Of a DNA stretch of 64,000 nucleotides, positions 53,263 to 61,653 are shown piece by piece. The notes under the pieces are model-generated. The model was given only the letters and a program-made list of their open reading frames with translations, had not been told where the DNA came from and did no database searches. Positions within the stretch are counted from its first letter, which is position 1. Each line of letters begins with the position of its first letter. The translations under genes were made by a program, and so were the position numbers. The stretch comes from Chloroflexota bacterium (GTDB lineage: Bacteria; Chloroflexota; Anaerolineae; J036; Brachytrichaceae), in NCBI GenBank assembly GCA_023488685.1, contig JAMDDR010000084.1:1916-65915 (forward strand), in the 5' to 3' direction.

Positions 53263-53943
53263 TCATTGACTGGCCTGGCAGATCTGCTGCATATCTGCGG
53301 TTGTATCTGTGTTGTTCGTCACTTCCTTCATGGTGGCCAGGGTAATGCCCAACGGCTTGAAGGGTGGCTGGGCTTGAATGCCGGGATTGGCCAGATGTAA
53401 CCGGTAGCAACTGACGAACGTCTGCGTGCTGCCGTCGCTGTTCCTGGCGATTAGCGTGGCGGGGACACTATAGTAGACTTGGCCGGCTCCTGCATAGGTA
53501 CTGATGGTGCCCAGGGTGATCTCCACGGATTCTGTTTGGGCATAACCCTGCGCGAACTGCTGGAACGCTGGAAGCCCCTCCGTTGTTTCCCAATAGGAGT
53601 AGGCGCGCGCATACTCTTTGCGGTTTATGGCGTTAAAGAAGGATGACAGGGTTTGCACAGGGCCGCTGCGATCGTCGAGGTAGACATCCTTTGTGATGGC
53701 AGGGACTCCTGGCGCGCTCGTCGGCGGGACCTGTGTGGGATTGGCAGCGCTTGGTGTGACTGAACTCGTCGATGTTGCTGGGGTAGCCGGTTGCGTTGCT
53801 TCGCCGGCAGAGGGCGCTCCATCTGTTGTGGGCAGCGCTGCCTCTGAAGCGGATGGCGTCTCCGTTGGCGTCTCTGTTGTATCGGAGCAGCCGGACGCCA
53901 GCAACAAGCTCATGAGTAATGTTGCAATTAATGCTCGCCGCAT
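53263..53943 (-). CDS. putative lipoprotein, unknown function
   Basis: Lipobox-like signal peptide MRRALIATLLMSLLLASGC, followed by a Thr/Pro/Ala/Ser-rich linker and a ~120-aa globular part. Confidence 0.6.
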   Translation of the reverse strand: MRRALIATLLMSLLLASGCSDTTETPTETPSASEAALPTTDGAPSAGEATQPATPATSTSSVTPSAANPTQVPPTSAPGVPAITKDVYLDDRSGPVQTLSSFFNAINRKEYARAYSYWETTEGLPAFQQFAQGYAQTESVEITLGTISTYAGAGQVYYSVPATLIARNSDGSTQTFVSCYRLHLANPGIQAQPPFKPLGITLATMKEVTNNTDTTADMQQICQASQ

Positions 53944-54026
53944 ATCTGTTCCTCCAACCTATATCACGATACCACACGCTTACTCTAACGCTCACTCTGT
54001 TGTATAACCTTGAATGGAGGTTACAG

Positions 54027-54971
54027 ATGGCAACGATACAGTTTGGTTGGCGTGTGCCGGATTTCCCCGTCGACGGAACCAGGGGGCGGGCGTTTGTCGA
54101 CCAGATCGCTGGGACACTGGATGTGTTGCGCGGGCAGTTTGCTTCGGCGTGGGTGGCCGATCACTTTGTCCCGTGGGCGACGTTTCTGGACCCGACCACC
54201 GACACATACGAATGCTTTTCGACGTTATGCTACCTGGCCGGTTTGTTCCAGGAGTTCACGTTTGGCAACATCGTGTTGTCGCAGTCTTATCGCAACCCGG
54301 CGCTGGTGGCGAAGATGGGCGCCACGTTGCAGGTGTTGACCGGCGGTCGCTATGTGCTTGGGATTGGCGCTGGTTGGAAGCGCGATGAGTACCTGGCCTA
54401 CGGCTATGACTTCCCTGTCCCGGCGACGCGCATTCACCAACTTGAGGAAGCGGTGCAGATCATCCGTTTGATGTGGACGCAAACACCCGCCACCTTCCAT
54501 GGGCGCTATTACCACATAGAAGGCGCCGTCTGTGAACCCAAACCGCAGCCGATGGCCCCGATTCTGATCGGCGGGGGTGGGCGGCAGTTGACGTTAAAGG
54601 TGGTGGCGCAGTATGCAGACTGGTGGAACTTCCCAGGTGGAACCGTCGAGCACTACAGCGAACTGCTGGACACGCTACGCGGTCATTGCGAGACGGTGGG
54701 GCGCGACTACAACAGCATTGTGAAGACGTGGGGCAACGAGTGCGTGGCCGTGGCGCCGACCAATGGGGCGGCGCAGCGCATAGCCCAGGCCAGCCCCTTC
54801 TACGATGCACGCACATCCATCGCCGGCACCCCGGATGAAGTCGCGGCTTATCTGCGACGCTTCACCGATCTGGGTGTGCAGCATTTCATCCTGCGCTTTG
54901 CCGACTTCCCCAAGACCGACAGCGCGCGGCTGTTTGCGCAGGAGGTGCTGCCGCGCTTCAGAGCCGGTTAA
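54027..54971 (+). CDS. LLM-class F420/flavin-dependent oxidoreductase
   Basis: MATIQFGWRVPDF... and GGRYVLGIGAGW. GGAGG lies 7 nt upstream of ATG 54027. Confidence 0.75.
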   Translation: MATIQFGWRVPDFPVDGTRGRAFVDQIAGTLDVLRGQFASAWVADHFVPWATFLDPTTDTYECFSTLCYLAGLFQEFTFGNIVLSQSYRNPALVAKMGATLQVLTGGRYVLGIGAGWKRDEYLAYGYDFPVPATRIHQLEEAVQIIRLMWTQTPATFHGRYYHIEGAVCEPKPQPMAPILIGGGGRQLTLKVVAQYADWWNFPGGTVEHYSELLDTLRGHCETVGRDYNSIVKTWGNECVAVAPTNGAAQRIAQASPFYDARTSIAGTPDEVAAYLRRFTDLGVQHFILRFADFPKTDSARLFAQEVLPRFRAG

Positions 54972-54980
54972 CACGAACAG

Positions 54981-55182
54981 TCAACGGATTTCTGGGAACG
55001 GATTGAACGGATTTGTGGATCTCGCCTATGATGGCTCTTGCTGTTCTGGATTGTATGGATTGATGTGCCGAGTACGGCGGGAATGGATCGCTGTCAATAG
55101 ACGGCGATCCTTCCCGTCAAGAGCAACAGGCCATCCCAGGCGAGACGACTTAATCCGTTCAATCCGTTCAAAAATCCGTTGA
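54981..55182. repeat. ~200-bp imperfect palindromic element with terminal inverted arrays of GAACGGATT units
   Basis: The left arm TCAACGGATTTCTGGGAACGGATTGAACGGATT is nearly the reverse complement of the right arm AATCCGTTCAATCCGTTCAAAAATCCGTTGA. Interior segments also pair, e.g. CTCGCCT..GGCTCTTGC with GCAAGAGC-like..AGGCGAG. Confidence 0.8.
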
Positions 55183-55552
55183 CAGCAGTCGCTCGCAGTA
55201 GTAAGTGATGGCCTGTTCCAGGAACTCCGGCAAATCTGGGTGGATCTTCTTGAACGTCGCGATGAAGTCGGGGTGCTGGTTATACCCGTGCCCCAATCCA
55301 GACAGGATCTCCGGTGTGGGCTCATAGAAATAGCGTATGTGTTGATGCCAGCGCGCAATGATCTGCTGAACCTCGGGGCTGCTGGGGCCTTTATCCATGT
55401 GGGCGAGCAAGTCGCGGTAGATGGCTTCGCCTTCAATCCCAATTTGCTTCTTCTGTTCCTTTGTGTAGCTGTTCCAGCGTCTATTTGACTCCGCCACGAT
55501 CTTCTTGCCCCAACGTGTGGCTGCCTCCTGCTCGTACTGCTTTTGCTTTTCT
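55168..55552 (-). pseudogene. C-terminal (TipAS-like effector domain) fragment of an IS-split MerR/TipA-family regulator
   Basis: ...EKQKQYEQEAATRWGKKIVAESNRRWNSYTKEQ... continues in frame with the N-terminal fragment once the IS and one TSD copy are removed. Confidence 0.8.
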
Positions 55553-56763
55553 GGCTCTCCCGACTTTGGCGGGAAACGGTTCATAACGAGGCGGCCTCGG
55601 TCATATCGAAAGCGACCAGCACATGCAAACGGAACGATTCGAACAGATGGTAGCCAAAGGCCCGCCGATTGATCAGCTTGATCTTGAGGTTCGCTCCCTC
55701 GGCGAATCCGTTACTGTGGCGTCCCGCAAAGTAGTTTAGGATTTGAGCACGCCAGTGATTGATCGTGCCGATGAAAGCGTGCAGCGCCTTGAGCCCCGTG
55801 GCCTTGGCCTGGTCCAGCCAATCGGTCAACCGAGCGTCGGCCTGCGGGCGATCCGGGCAGGTGTTGAACCAGTCGCGAAATGATTCCTTCAACTCGTACA
55901 AGGTCTTCAACTCCGGCGCAGCCGCCAGCAGGGTCTGTCAGGGGTGCGGTTCTTCGTCGCTCAGGTTTTCGCGGTTCGTCACTAACCACCAGCGACAGCC
56001 CTTCAGCAACGCTTTCTGCGCTTCGGTCGCCTGGCGCTGAATGGCGCGCCGCGCTTTCGTTACGGCCTCGCTCAGGTTCTTCATCACATGAAAGCGGTCT
56101 TTCAGCACGTCCAGCACGATCCCCAACGCTGGCGCATAGATCACCAACTCATAGTTGCCATGCCCTTTGTGGGGCGCGATCTCATCAAAGCACAACACCT
56201 TCACCAGCGGATACCCGCGCGCGGCTATCTTTTTTTCGCCCGCCGCGCGAAGATGCCTGCCAGCGTGTCTTCACTCAAGCCTTCATCCTTGGCCACTTGG
56301 GCCACGCTCTCGCGCCGCACCTGTTCATACACGTACTCCTCGTAGCGCGTCGTGTAGTTCAAGCCCGGCTCGCGCCACGCGACCCGCTCCACGAACGTCT
56401 TGTGGCAGGGTTCACACGTGAACCGGCGGGGCGCATAGCCGATCCAACAGCGCCGATGCCACATCGGCAGGTCGCGGATCATCTGCGCTTCGTCCACGGC
56501 GTGAAGCTTCGCGCAGACGCTTTCGCAATCCGGACACACGGCCGCGCTGATCGTCGATTCGATGAACACGTTGACCCGATGATGGCCCTGCGTTTGGTAT
56601 TTCGTCACGCGCACATTGGGCATGTCCAACAACTCACCGATTGTCCTCATCAGTTCCTGATAACTCGAACTCGCCATCGTCGTTGCACCTCGCCGCTTGA
56701 AGATGCACCGATCTTAGCGCGTCATCCGGTTATGGCAACTTTCCCGTTAAAGTCGGGAGAGCC
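55553..56763 (-). mobile_element. decayed ISL3-family insertion sequence (1211 bp) with imperfect terminal inverted repeats and an 8-bp target-site duplication
   Basis: Ends are GGCTCTCCCGACTTTGGCGGGAAA and TTTCCCGTTAAAGTCGGGAGAGCC (22/24 complementary). It is flanked by direct GCTTTTCT at 55545-55552 and 56764-56771. Confidence 0.85.
55581..56677 (-). pseudogene. ISL3-family transposase, broken into three frames with an apparent internal deletion
   Basis: Three consecutive minus-strand ORFs. 56225-56677 is the zinc-finger/HTH N-terminus (CPDCES...CEPCHK). 55938-56204 reads FDEIAPHKGHGNYELVI...DRFHVMKNL. 55581-55910 reads HSNGFAEGANLKIKLINRRAFGY. The total is shorter than the usual ~400+ aa. 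Confidence 0.8.
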
Positions 56764-57151
56764 GCTTTTCTTCGCTGAAACCTTCGAAAAGTTCTTGTGT
56801 GCTCATCTCGGATTTTCCTTGTAAATGCATGATCGTCTTATCGATGGTGGCCATGAGATGGTTCAACCGCCCGGCCTGTTCCTGTAACGCCTGCCGGTGC
56901 GTCTGTAGGGCACGCAACACGTCGAAATCCGGGTCATCCAGAATGTCTTTGATGTCATCCAGGCAGAGGCCCAGTTCCCGGTAGAACAGGATCTGTTGCA
57001 GGCGTAGCGTGGCATCCTCGCCATAGTAGCGATAGCCGTTGTTCCCATACGACGAAGGCTTTAGCAGCCCGATCTCGTCATAATAGTGAAGTGTGCGTAT
57101 GCTCACGCCTGCCAGCTTGGACAACTGTTTAACCGTATGTACCATCTTCAT
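56764..57151 (-). pseudogene. N-terminal (MerR HTH + coiled-coil) fragment of the IS-split MerR/TipA-family regulator
   Basis: VKQLSKLAGVSIRTLHYYDEIGLLKPS...GYRYY is the MerR HTH signature. In the disrupted state the ORF reads into the IS and stops at 56747. Confidence 0.85.
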
Positions 57152-57168
57152 TCCCTCGAACGTGCGAG

Positions 57169-57199
57169 ATCATAAACGATGACGTTACGTGAGTGTCAA
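57169..57199 (-). promoter_or_regulatory. MerR-type promoter (19-nt spacer) with an ACGT-A-ACGT palindrome
   Basis: The minus strand reads TTGACA - CTCACGTAACGTCATCGTT (19 nt) - TATGAT, ending 17 nt upstream of the regulator ATG at 57151. The -35 is tandemly duplicated (TTGACAC TTGACAC). Confidence 0.5.
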
Positions 57200-57276
57200 G
57201 TGTCAAACTTCGAATGCACGATGGCAGGTTGTCGATATAACATAGGGCATGGAGAGCAAGCAATCTGGAGGGTAAG

Positions 57277-58005
57277 ATGGAGCATCCGCTGGCGGGTAAA
57301 GTAGTCATCATCACGGGCGCAAGTTCGGGCATCGGTGCGGCGACGGCTCGTGCCATGGCGCACCTGGGCTGTAAGTTAACGCTGGCAGCACGTTCGGAGG
57401 AGAAACTGTGCGCGCTGGCGGAGGAACTGGGGCCGGCTGCCATGGCGATCCCGACCGACGTCACCATCGGCGCGGACGTCCAACAGATGGTGGCGAAAAC
57501 CGTTGAGCAGTTCGGGCGCGTCGACGTGCTCTTCGCCAATGCCGGCATCTATATCCCCGGGCCTGTGGCGGAAGGGGACCCGGACGCGTGGGCCAGGTTG
57601 ATGGACGTGAATGTCAATGGCGTGTTGCGCTGTGTGCACGCGGTGCTGCCACACATGCTGGCGCAGCATTGTGGCGATATCCTGATTACAAGCTCAATCT
57701 CGGGTCACATTGATATTCATTGGGAACCTGTCTACAGCGCGTCGAAGCATGCCATCCAGGGCTTCGTGCATACCTTACGCCGGCAGGTGGCGGCTTCCGG
57801 CATCCGCGTGGGTGCGATTGCGCCGGGCATGGTCGCCAATGAATTGTGGGGCATCACGACGCCGGAGGATATCGCCAGGTGGGTGGGGCAGCATGCCAGC
57901 CTGCGCTCCGAGGACGTGGCCGATGCTGTCGTGTTTATGCTGTCGCAGCCGCCGCACGTCACCATTCGCGACCTGGTCATGCTGCCACAGAATCAGGATC
58001 TCTGA
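57277..58005 (+). CDS. short-chain dehydrogenase/reductase (classical SDR)
   Basis: TGASSGIGAA and YSASKHA catalytic motifs. It is divergent from the MerR-family gene. Confidence 0.85.
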   Translation: MEHPLAGKVVIITGASSGIGAATARAMAHLGCKLTLAARSEEKLCALAEELGPAAMAIPTDVTIGADVQQMVAKTVEQFGRVDVLFANAGIYIPGPVAEGDPDAWARLMDVNVNGVLRCVHAVLPHMLAQHCGDILITSSISGHIDIHWEPVYSASKHAIQGFVHTLRRQVAASGIRVGAIAPGMVANELWGITTPEDIARWVGQHASLRSEDVADAVVFMLSQPPHVTIRDLVMLPQNQDL

Positions 58006-58020
58006 TCGCCTCTCAGCGAT

Positions 58021-58749
58021 GTGAGCAGAATGATCTTTCCCAAAAGGTTTTTCGAACTCAACTGGCTCTTCGCGTTGCGGGTAGCCGAAGTATCAAACAG
58101 GCCTTTAGCCGGCGTGCTCCTGGACCACACACATTTTTACGTGCGCTTAAAGCTGGGGCGATCGTTCGACGCTGCACATCCTGTCTGGCAAGAATATCTG
58201 CGCGGGTTGGAACAGGCTCAAGATCCTGTTGAATGGACGTATCAGTTGTATCTGCAGCGGCAGGCACAAGGGGGCATCAGGCCGGATGAACCGGCCTTCG
58301 GTTGTTTTTCATATACGCTGTTGCCGGGTCAGAAGATTCGGGTGCATTTTCATAATGCCGAGGCTGGCACACTAAGTCCGCTAAGCCACGAGCGTGCGCC
58401 GTTCCGCTTAGCGGAACTGACGGCGATGTTCGCACAAATAAAAGACAGGGAGATCGGCGTGACCAACGTCATCGGTTGTTCGTGGCTTTACAATCGTGCC
58501 GCCTATCGACGGCTTTTTCCGCCTGCATACCTGTCGACGGCGCGTATCAGTGATAATGAGTTTCGCTATCTGACCCTGTGGGGACAGTTTATCGCTAGAG
58601 ATGGCCAGGTGAAGGAAGACCTGGCGACTGAATTCATAAACCGCCTGTATTCCCAGCGTGTGATGGACGGTCTGCATTACTGTTTTCCGTTCCAGGCGCT
58701 ACGGCTGGAATGTGAGATTCAACCCTTCTTTATGTTTTATGGTGTGTAA
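58021..58749 (+). CDS. hypothetical protein (possibly a GNAT-like C-terminal-domain acyltransferase relative)
   Basis: 242-aa ORF (GTG 58021, ATG 58030) lying 15 nt after the SDR. The only hint is weak resemblance around VIGCSWLYNRAAYRRLFPPAY. Confidence 0.4.
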   Translation: MSRMIFPKRFFELNWLFALRVAEVSNRPLAGVLLDHTHFYVRLKLGRSFDAAHPVWQEYLRGLEQAQDPVEWTYQLYLQRQAQGGIRPDEPAFGCFSYTLLPGQKIRVHFHNAEAGTLSPLSHERAPFRLAELTAMFAQIKDREIGVTNVIGCSWLYNRAAYRRLFPPAYLSTARISDNEFRYLTLWGQFIARDGQVKEDLATEFINRLYSQRVMDGLHYCFPFQALRLECEIQPFFMFYGV

Positions 58750-58813
58750 GAGTTGTTTGATGAGTCAGCGGGGATTGACTGTTTCGAACATCTGTTCTAA
58801 AATATAGGATACC

Positions 58814-59491
58814 ATGTGTGGACGATTTACGCTTACCGTCGATCCGGAGGACTTGATGGAACGTTTCCATCTCGATTCCGCCGATGCTGTGTCTGCGCCG
58901 CGTTACAACGTCGCCCCCACGCAAGATGTATCCGTTGTGTTGAATGAATCCCCTACGCGCCTCTCAGTCGTGCAGTGGGGGCTCATCCCAGGTTGGGCTA
59001 AAGACCCCGGCATCGGCGCACAAATGATCAATGCGCGCGCCGAGACGGTGGCCGAGAAACCAGCCTTCCGCAGCGCCTTCAAGAAACGACGTTGCTTCGT
59101 CCTGGCAGATGGCTTCTACGAGTGGCGCAAAGAGGGGGATGGCAAAACCAAGACGCCGATGTACCTGCGTCTGAAGTCGGGTGAGCCCTTTGCGCTGGCA
59201 GGTCTGTGGGAAGTGTGGAACTCGCCGGAGGGTGAACCACGTCGCACTTGCACGATCATCACCACAGAGCCGAATGAGCTGGTCGCGCCGATTCACAACC
59301 GCATGCCGGCGATCCTCCCGCGTGACGCCGAGGCGGCCTGGCTGGATGGCAGCCTGGAGCCGGCTGCCCTCATGGCGCTATTGAAGCCATATCCAGCGGA
59401 CCAGATGCAGGCTCACGCGGTGTCGCGGCGGGTGAACGCACCCCAGAACGACGAGCCGGCGCTGATCGAGCCTGTGCAGACGCTCATCTAA
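58814..59491 (+). CDS. SOS-response-associated peptidase (SRAP/YedK/HMCES family, abasic-site processing)
   Basis: N-terminal MCGRF with catalytic Cys2, plus INARAET and ADGFYEW motifs. Confidence 0.88.
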   Translation: MCGRFTLTVDPEDLMERFHLDSADAVSAPRYNVAPTQDVSVVLNESPTRLSVVQWGLIPGWAKDPGIGAQMINARAETVAEKPAFRSAFKKRRCFVLADGFYEWRKEGDGKTKTPMYLRLKSGEPFALAGLWEVWNSPEGEPRRTCTIITTEPNELVAPIHNRMPAILPRDAEAAWLDGSLEPAALMALLKPYPADQMQAHAVSRRVNAPQNDEPALIEPVQTLI

Positions 59492-59532
59492 TCGACTATC
59501 GCCAAACACCGTGCTGGCCGGGTGCTAACATA

Positions 59533-59565
59533 GGGCGGGGCTCATCTGTAGCCCCGCCCTTTTCT
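59533..59565 (+). terminator. rho-independent terminator
   Basis: GGGCGGGGC - 9 nt - GCCCCGCCC followed by TTTTCT. Confidence 0.75.
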
Positions 59566-59587
59566 ATCTGACGCAAGGAGAACCGGC

Positions 59588-60604
59588 ATGAAGGTGTTGT
59601 ACATCGGCGGTACGGGTCTGATCAGTTCGGCATGTTCACAACTGGCCATTGAGCGTGGCATGGCGCTATACATCCTCAACCGCGCCCAATCGAGGAAGCA
59701 CGATGTGCCAGCAGGAGCACAGATCCTCACAGCGGATGTGCGTGCCGACCGTGCTGCCGTGGCGGATCAACTCAAAGATCACTATTTTGACGCGGTGGTG
59801 GACTGGATTGCGTTCACCCCTGCCGATATCGAACGGGATATCGAACTTTTCGCTGCTAAGACACGCCAGTTTGTCTTTATCAGCTCTGCCAGCGTCTATC
59901 AGAAGCCGCCCAATCATTACTTGATCACTGAAGACACACCGCTGGCGAACCCGCACTGGGCGTACTCACAAAACAAAATCGCATGTGAGGAGCGCCTGAT
60001 GGATGAGTACCGTCGTAATGGATTTCCCATTACCATCATACGTCCGTCGCTGACGTATGGCCCCAGCCAGATTCCGATTGTCGTCGGTAGCTGGCAACAC
60101 CCGTGGACCATCGTGGATCGCATGAAGCGCGGGCAGAAAGTGATCGTGCCGGGTGATGGTACGTCGTTGTGGCCGCTTACGTACAACACCGATTTTGCCA
60201 AAGGCCTGGTCGGGTTGCTCGGGCGCGAGCAGACCATTGGGCATGCCTTCCACATCACGTCGGATGAGGTGTTGTCGTGGAATCAAATCTACGTCGAACT
60301 TGGCCACGCCATTGGTGTCGAGCCCAAGCTGGTCCATATCCCGTCCGATCTCATCGCCGCATATGACCCCGATTCGTACGGCAGCCTGATCGGCGACAAG
60401 ATCTACAGTGTTGTGTTCGACAACAGCAAGATCAAGCGTTTCGTGCCCGACTACGTAGCGACGGTGCCATGGACTGAGGGAGTACGCGAGGCGCTGGCAT
60501 GGTTCGAAGCCGACCCATCACGCCGGACCATCGACGATGATGCAAACCGCAAGTGGGATAGCATCATCGCGGCATACGAGCGAGCCTGGCCCCAGTCGTC
60601 TTAG
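59588..60604 (+). CDS. NAD-dependent epimerase/dehydratase family protein (extended SDR)
   Basis: MKVLYIGGTGLIS Rossmann motif and YSQNK (YxxxK). AAGGAGA lies upstream of the ATG. Confidence 0.8.
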   Translation: MKVLYIGGTGLISSACSQLAIERGMALYILNRAQSRKHDVPAGAQILTADVRADRAAVADQLKDHYFDAVVDWIAFTPADIERDIELFAAKTRQFVFISSASVYQKPPNHYLITEDTPLANPHWAYSQNKIACEERLMDEYRRNGFPITIIRPSLTYGPSQIPIVVGSWQHPWTIVDRMKRGQKVIVPGDGTSLWPLTYNTDFAKGLVGLLGREQTIGHAFHITSDEVLSWNQIYVELGHAIGVEPKLVHIPSDLIAAYDPDSYGSLIGDKIYSVVFDNSKIKRFVPDYVATVPWTEGVREALAWFEADPSRRTIDDDANRKWDSIIAAYERAWPQSS

Positions 60605-60654
60605 ATGGGCTGTGGCAGCTTCGGCCTGTGTGCTGATCACGTGATTATTTGAAC

Positions 60655-60684
60655 CACCAAGGACACCAAGAGCACCAAGAACAC
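60655..60684. repeat. 9-nt tandem repeat (3.3 copies)
   Basis: CACCAAGGA CACCAAGAG CACCAAGAA CAC. Confidence 0.8.
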
Positions 60685-60807
60685 TATTGCCGAGATGCCG
60701 CCCCGTCTCTCCATACGAATACTCAACGCCCTGTCTCGGGGGTTTGGAGTACAAGGGGAGAGACAGGGCGTCGTCCTTGCGAGCCACCGGGGTGCGGTGG
60801 CCGCCGC

Positions 60808-60883
60808 CAGTTGTCAGTTGTCAGGCTCCCCTGACAATCGCGACTGAACACTGAGCACTCAGTAGTGAGCACTCGGTACTCGG
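60808..60883. repeat. heptamer-periodic degenerate repeats with an embedded 8-bp hairpin
   Basis: CAGTTGT CAGTTGT CAGG; hairpin TTGTCAGG-CTCC-CCTGACAA; then CACTGAG CACTCAG TAGTGAG CACTCGG TACTCGG. Confidence 0.75.
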
Positions 60884-60915
60884 AACTGCAAAATGTTATT
60901 GACAGGTGGCTTGTT

Positions 60916-61653
60916 CTAATGCGCTTGTGTCTTGCGCCACGCCTGATATTCCGCCTGCGCGGCTTCGGACAGCGGATAGTATTTGCGCAGGTCGCCACCC
61001 TCCGACAATCTCAGCCGTGAAAATTCCTCCCACTCGTGGTGTTCGCTGGCCTTCTTGAGCAGCTCGGGCGCCAGTTTGATCGGTACGACGACCGCGCCGT
61101 CGTCGTCGGCCACGATGATGTCGCCCGGCATCACCAGGGTATTCCCGCATGCCACCGGCCTGTTGACGGCGAAGGGGAAAATGTTGGTCTGTGTGTGGAA
61201 GTTGGGCGTGGTGCCCTTCAGCCATAGCCCCAGGCCAAGGTGTTGTGCCTTGGGGAAGTCGCGGATGCAACCGTCGATGACTGCGCCGATGCCACCACGA
61301 CCCTTGAAGTAAGTGAGCATCATCTCGCCGAACACGCCGCTGCCCATATCGCCCCTGGCATCCACGACAATGATGTCGCCGGGTTGTGTGTGATAGAGAG
61401 CGTGACGGTGCAATTGCCTCTCTGGATCGGCGTACTCGTCTGCGCCGTACAGGTCCTCACGTTTGGGCATGAACTGCAAGGTGAGCGCCGGGCCGACGAC
61501 AACCTTGCCGGGTGTGCGGGCAATAGGTCCTCGGATCTGAGGGTCGTGGATCCCCAGGCGGTTTAACTCGCCGGCAGCGGTGGCGCTGCTGATGTGGGAA
61601 AGGCCTTCGATCAATTCTTTGGGCGGGCGGACGATTTCGGGTGTCTCAATCAT
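60916..61653 (-). CDS. RraA/HMG-CHA-aldolase-fold family protein
   Basis: GDIIVVDARGDMGSGVFGEMM and GAVIDGCIRD motifs. Confidence 0.7.
   Translation of the reverse strand: MIETPEIVRPPKELIEGLSHISSATAAGELNRLGIHDPQIRGPIARTPGKVVVGPALTLQFMPKREDLYGADEYADPERQLHRHALYHTQPGDIIVVDARGDMGSGVFGEMMLTYFKGRGGIGAVIDGCIRDFPKAQHLGLGLWLKGTTPNFHTQTNIFPFAVNRPVACGNTLVMPGDIIVADDDGAVVVPIKLAPELLKKASEHHEWEEFSRLRLSEGGDLRKYYPLSEAAQAEYQAWRKTQAH

Noticed and set aside
55880-56824. A 314-aa plus-strand ORF spanning the IS region.
   Set aside because: It runs antisense to three ORFs with clear ISL3 transposase motifs. Its translation is Arg/Ala/Ser/Pro-rich with no motif, which is typical of off-frame ORFs in GC-rich DNA.
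57200-57276. A separate sigma-70 promoter for the divergent SDR gene.
   Set aside because: Only weak hexamers with poor spacing (for example TATAAC with no acceptable -35) could be found. That is not enough to call.
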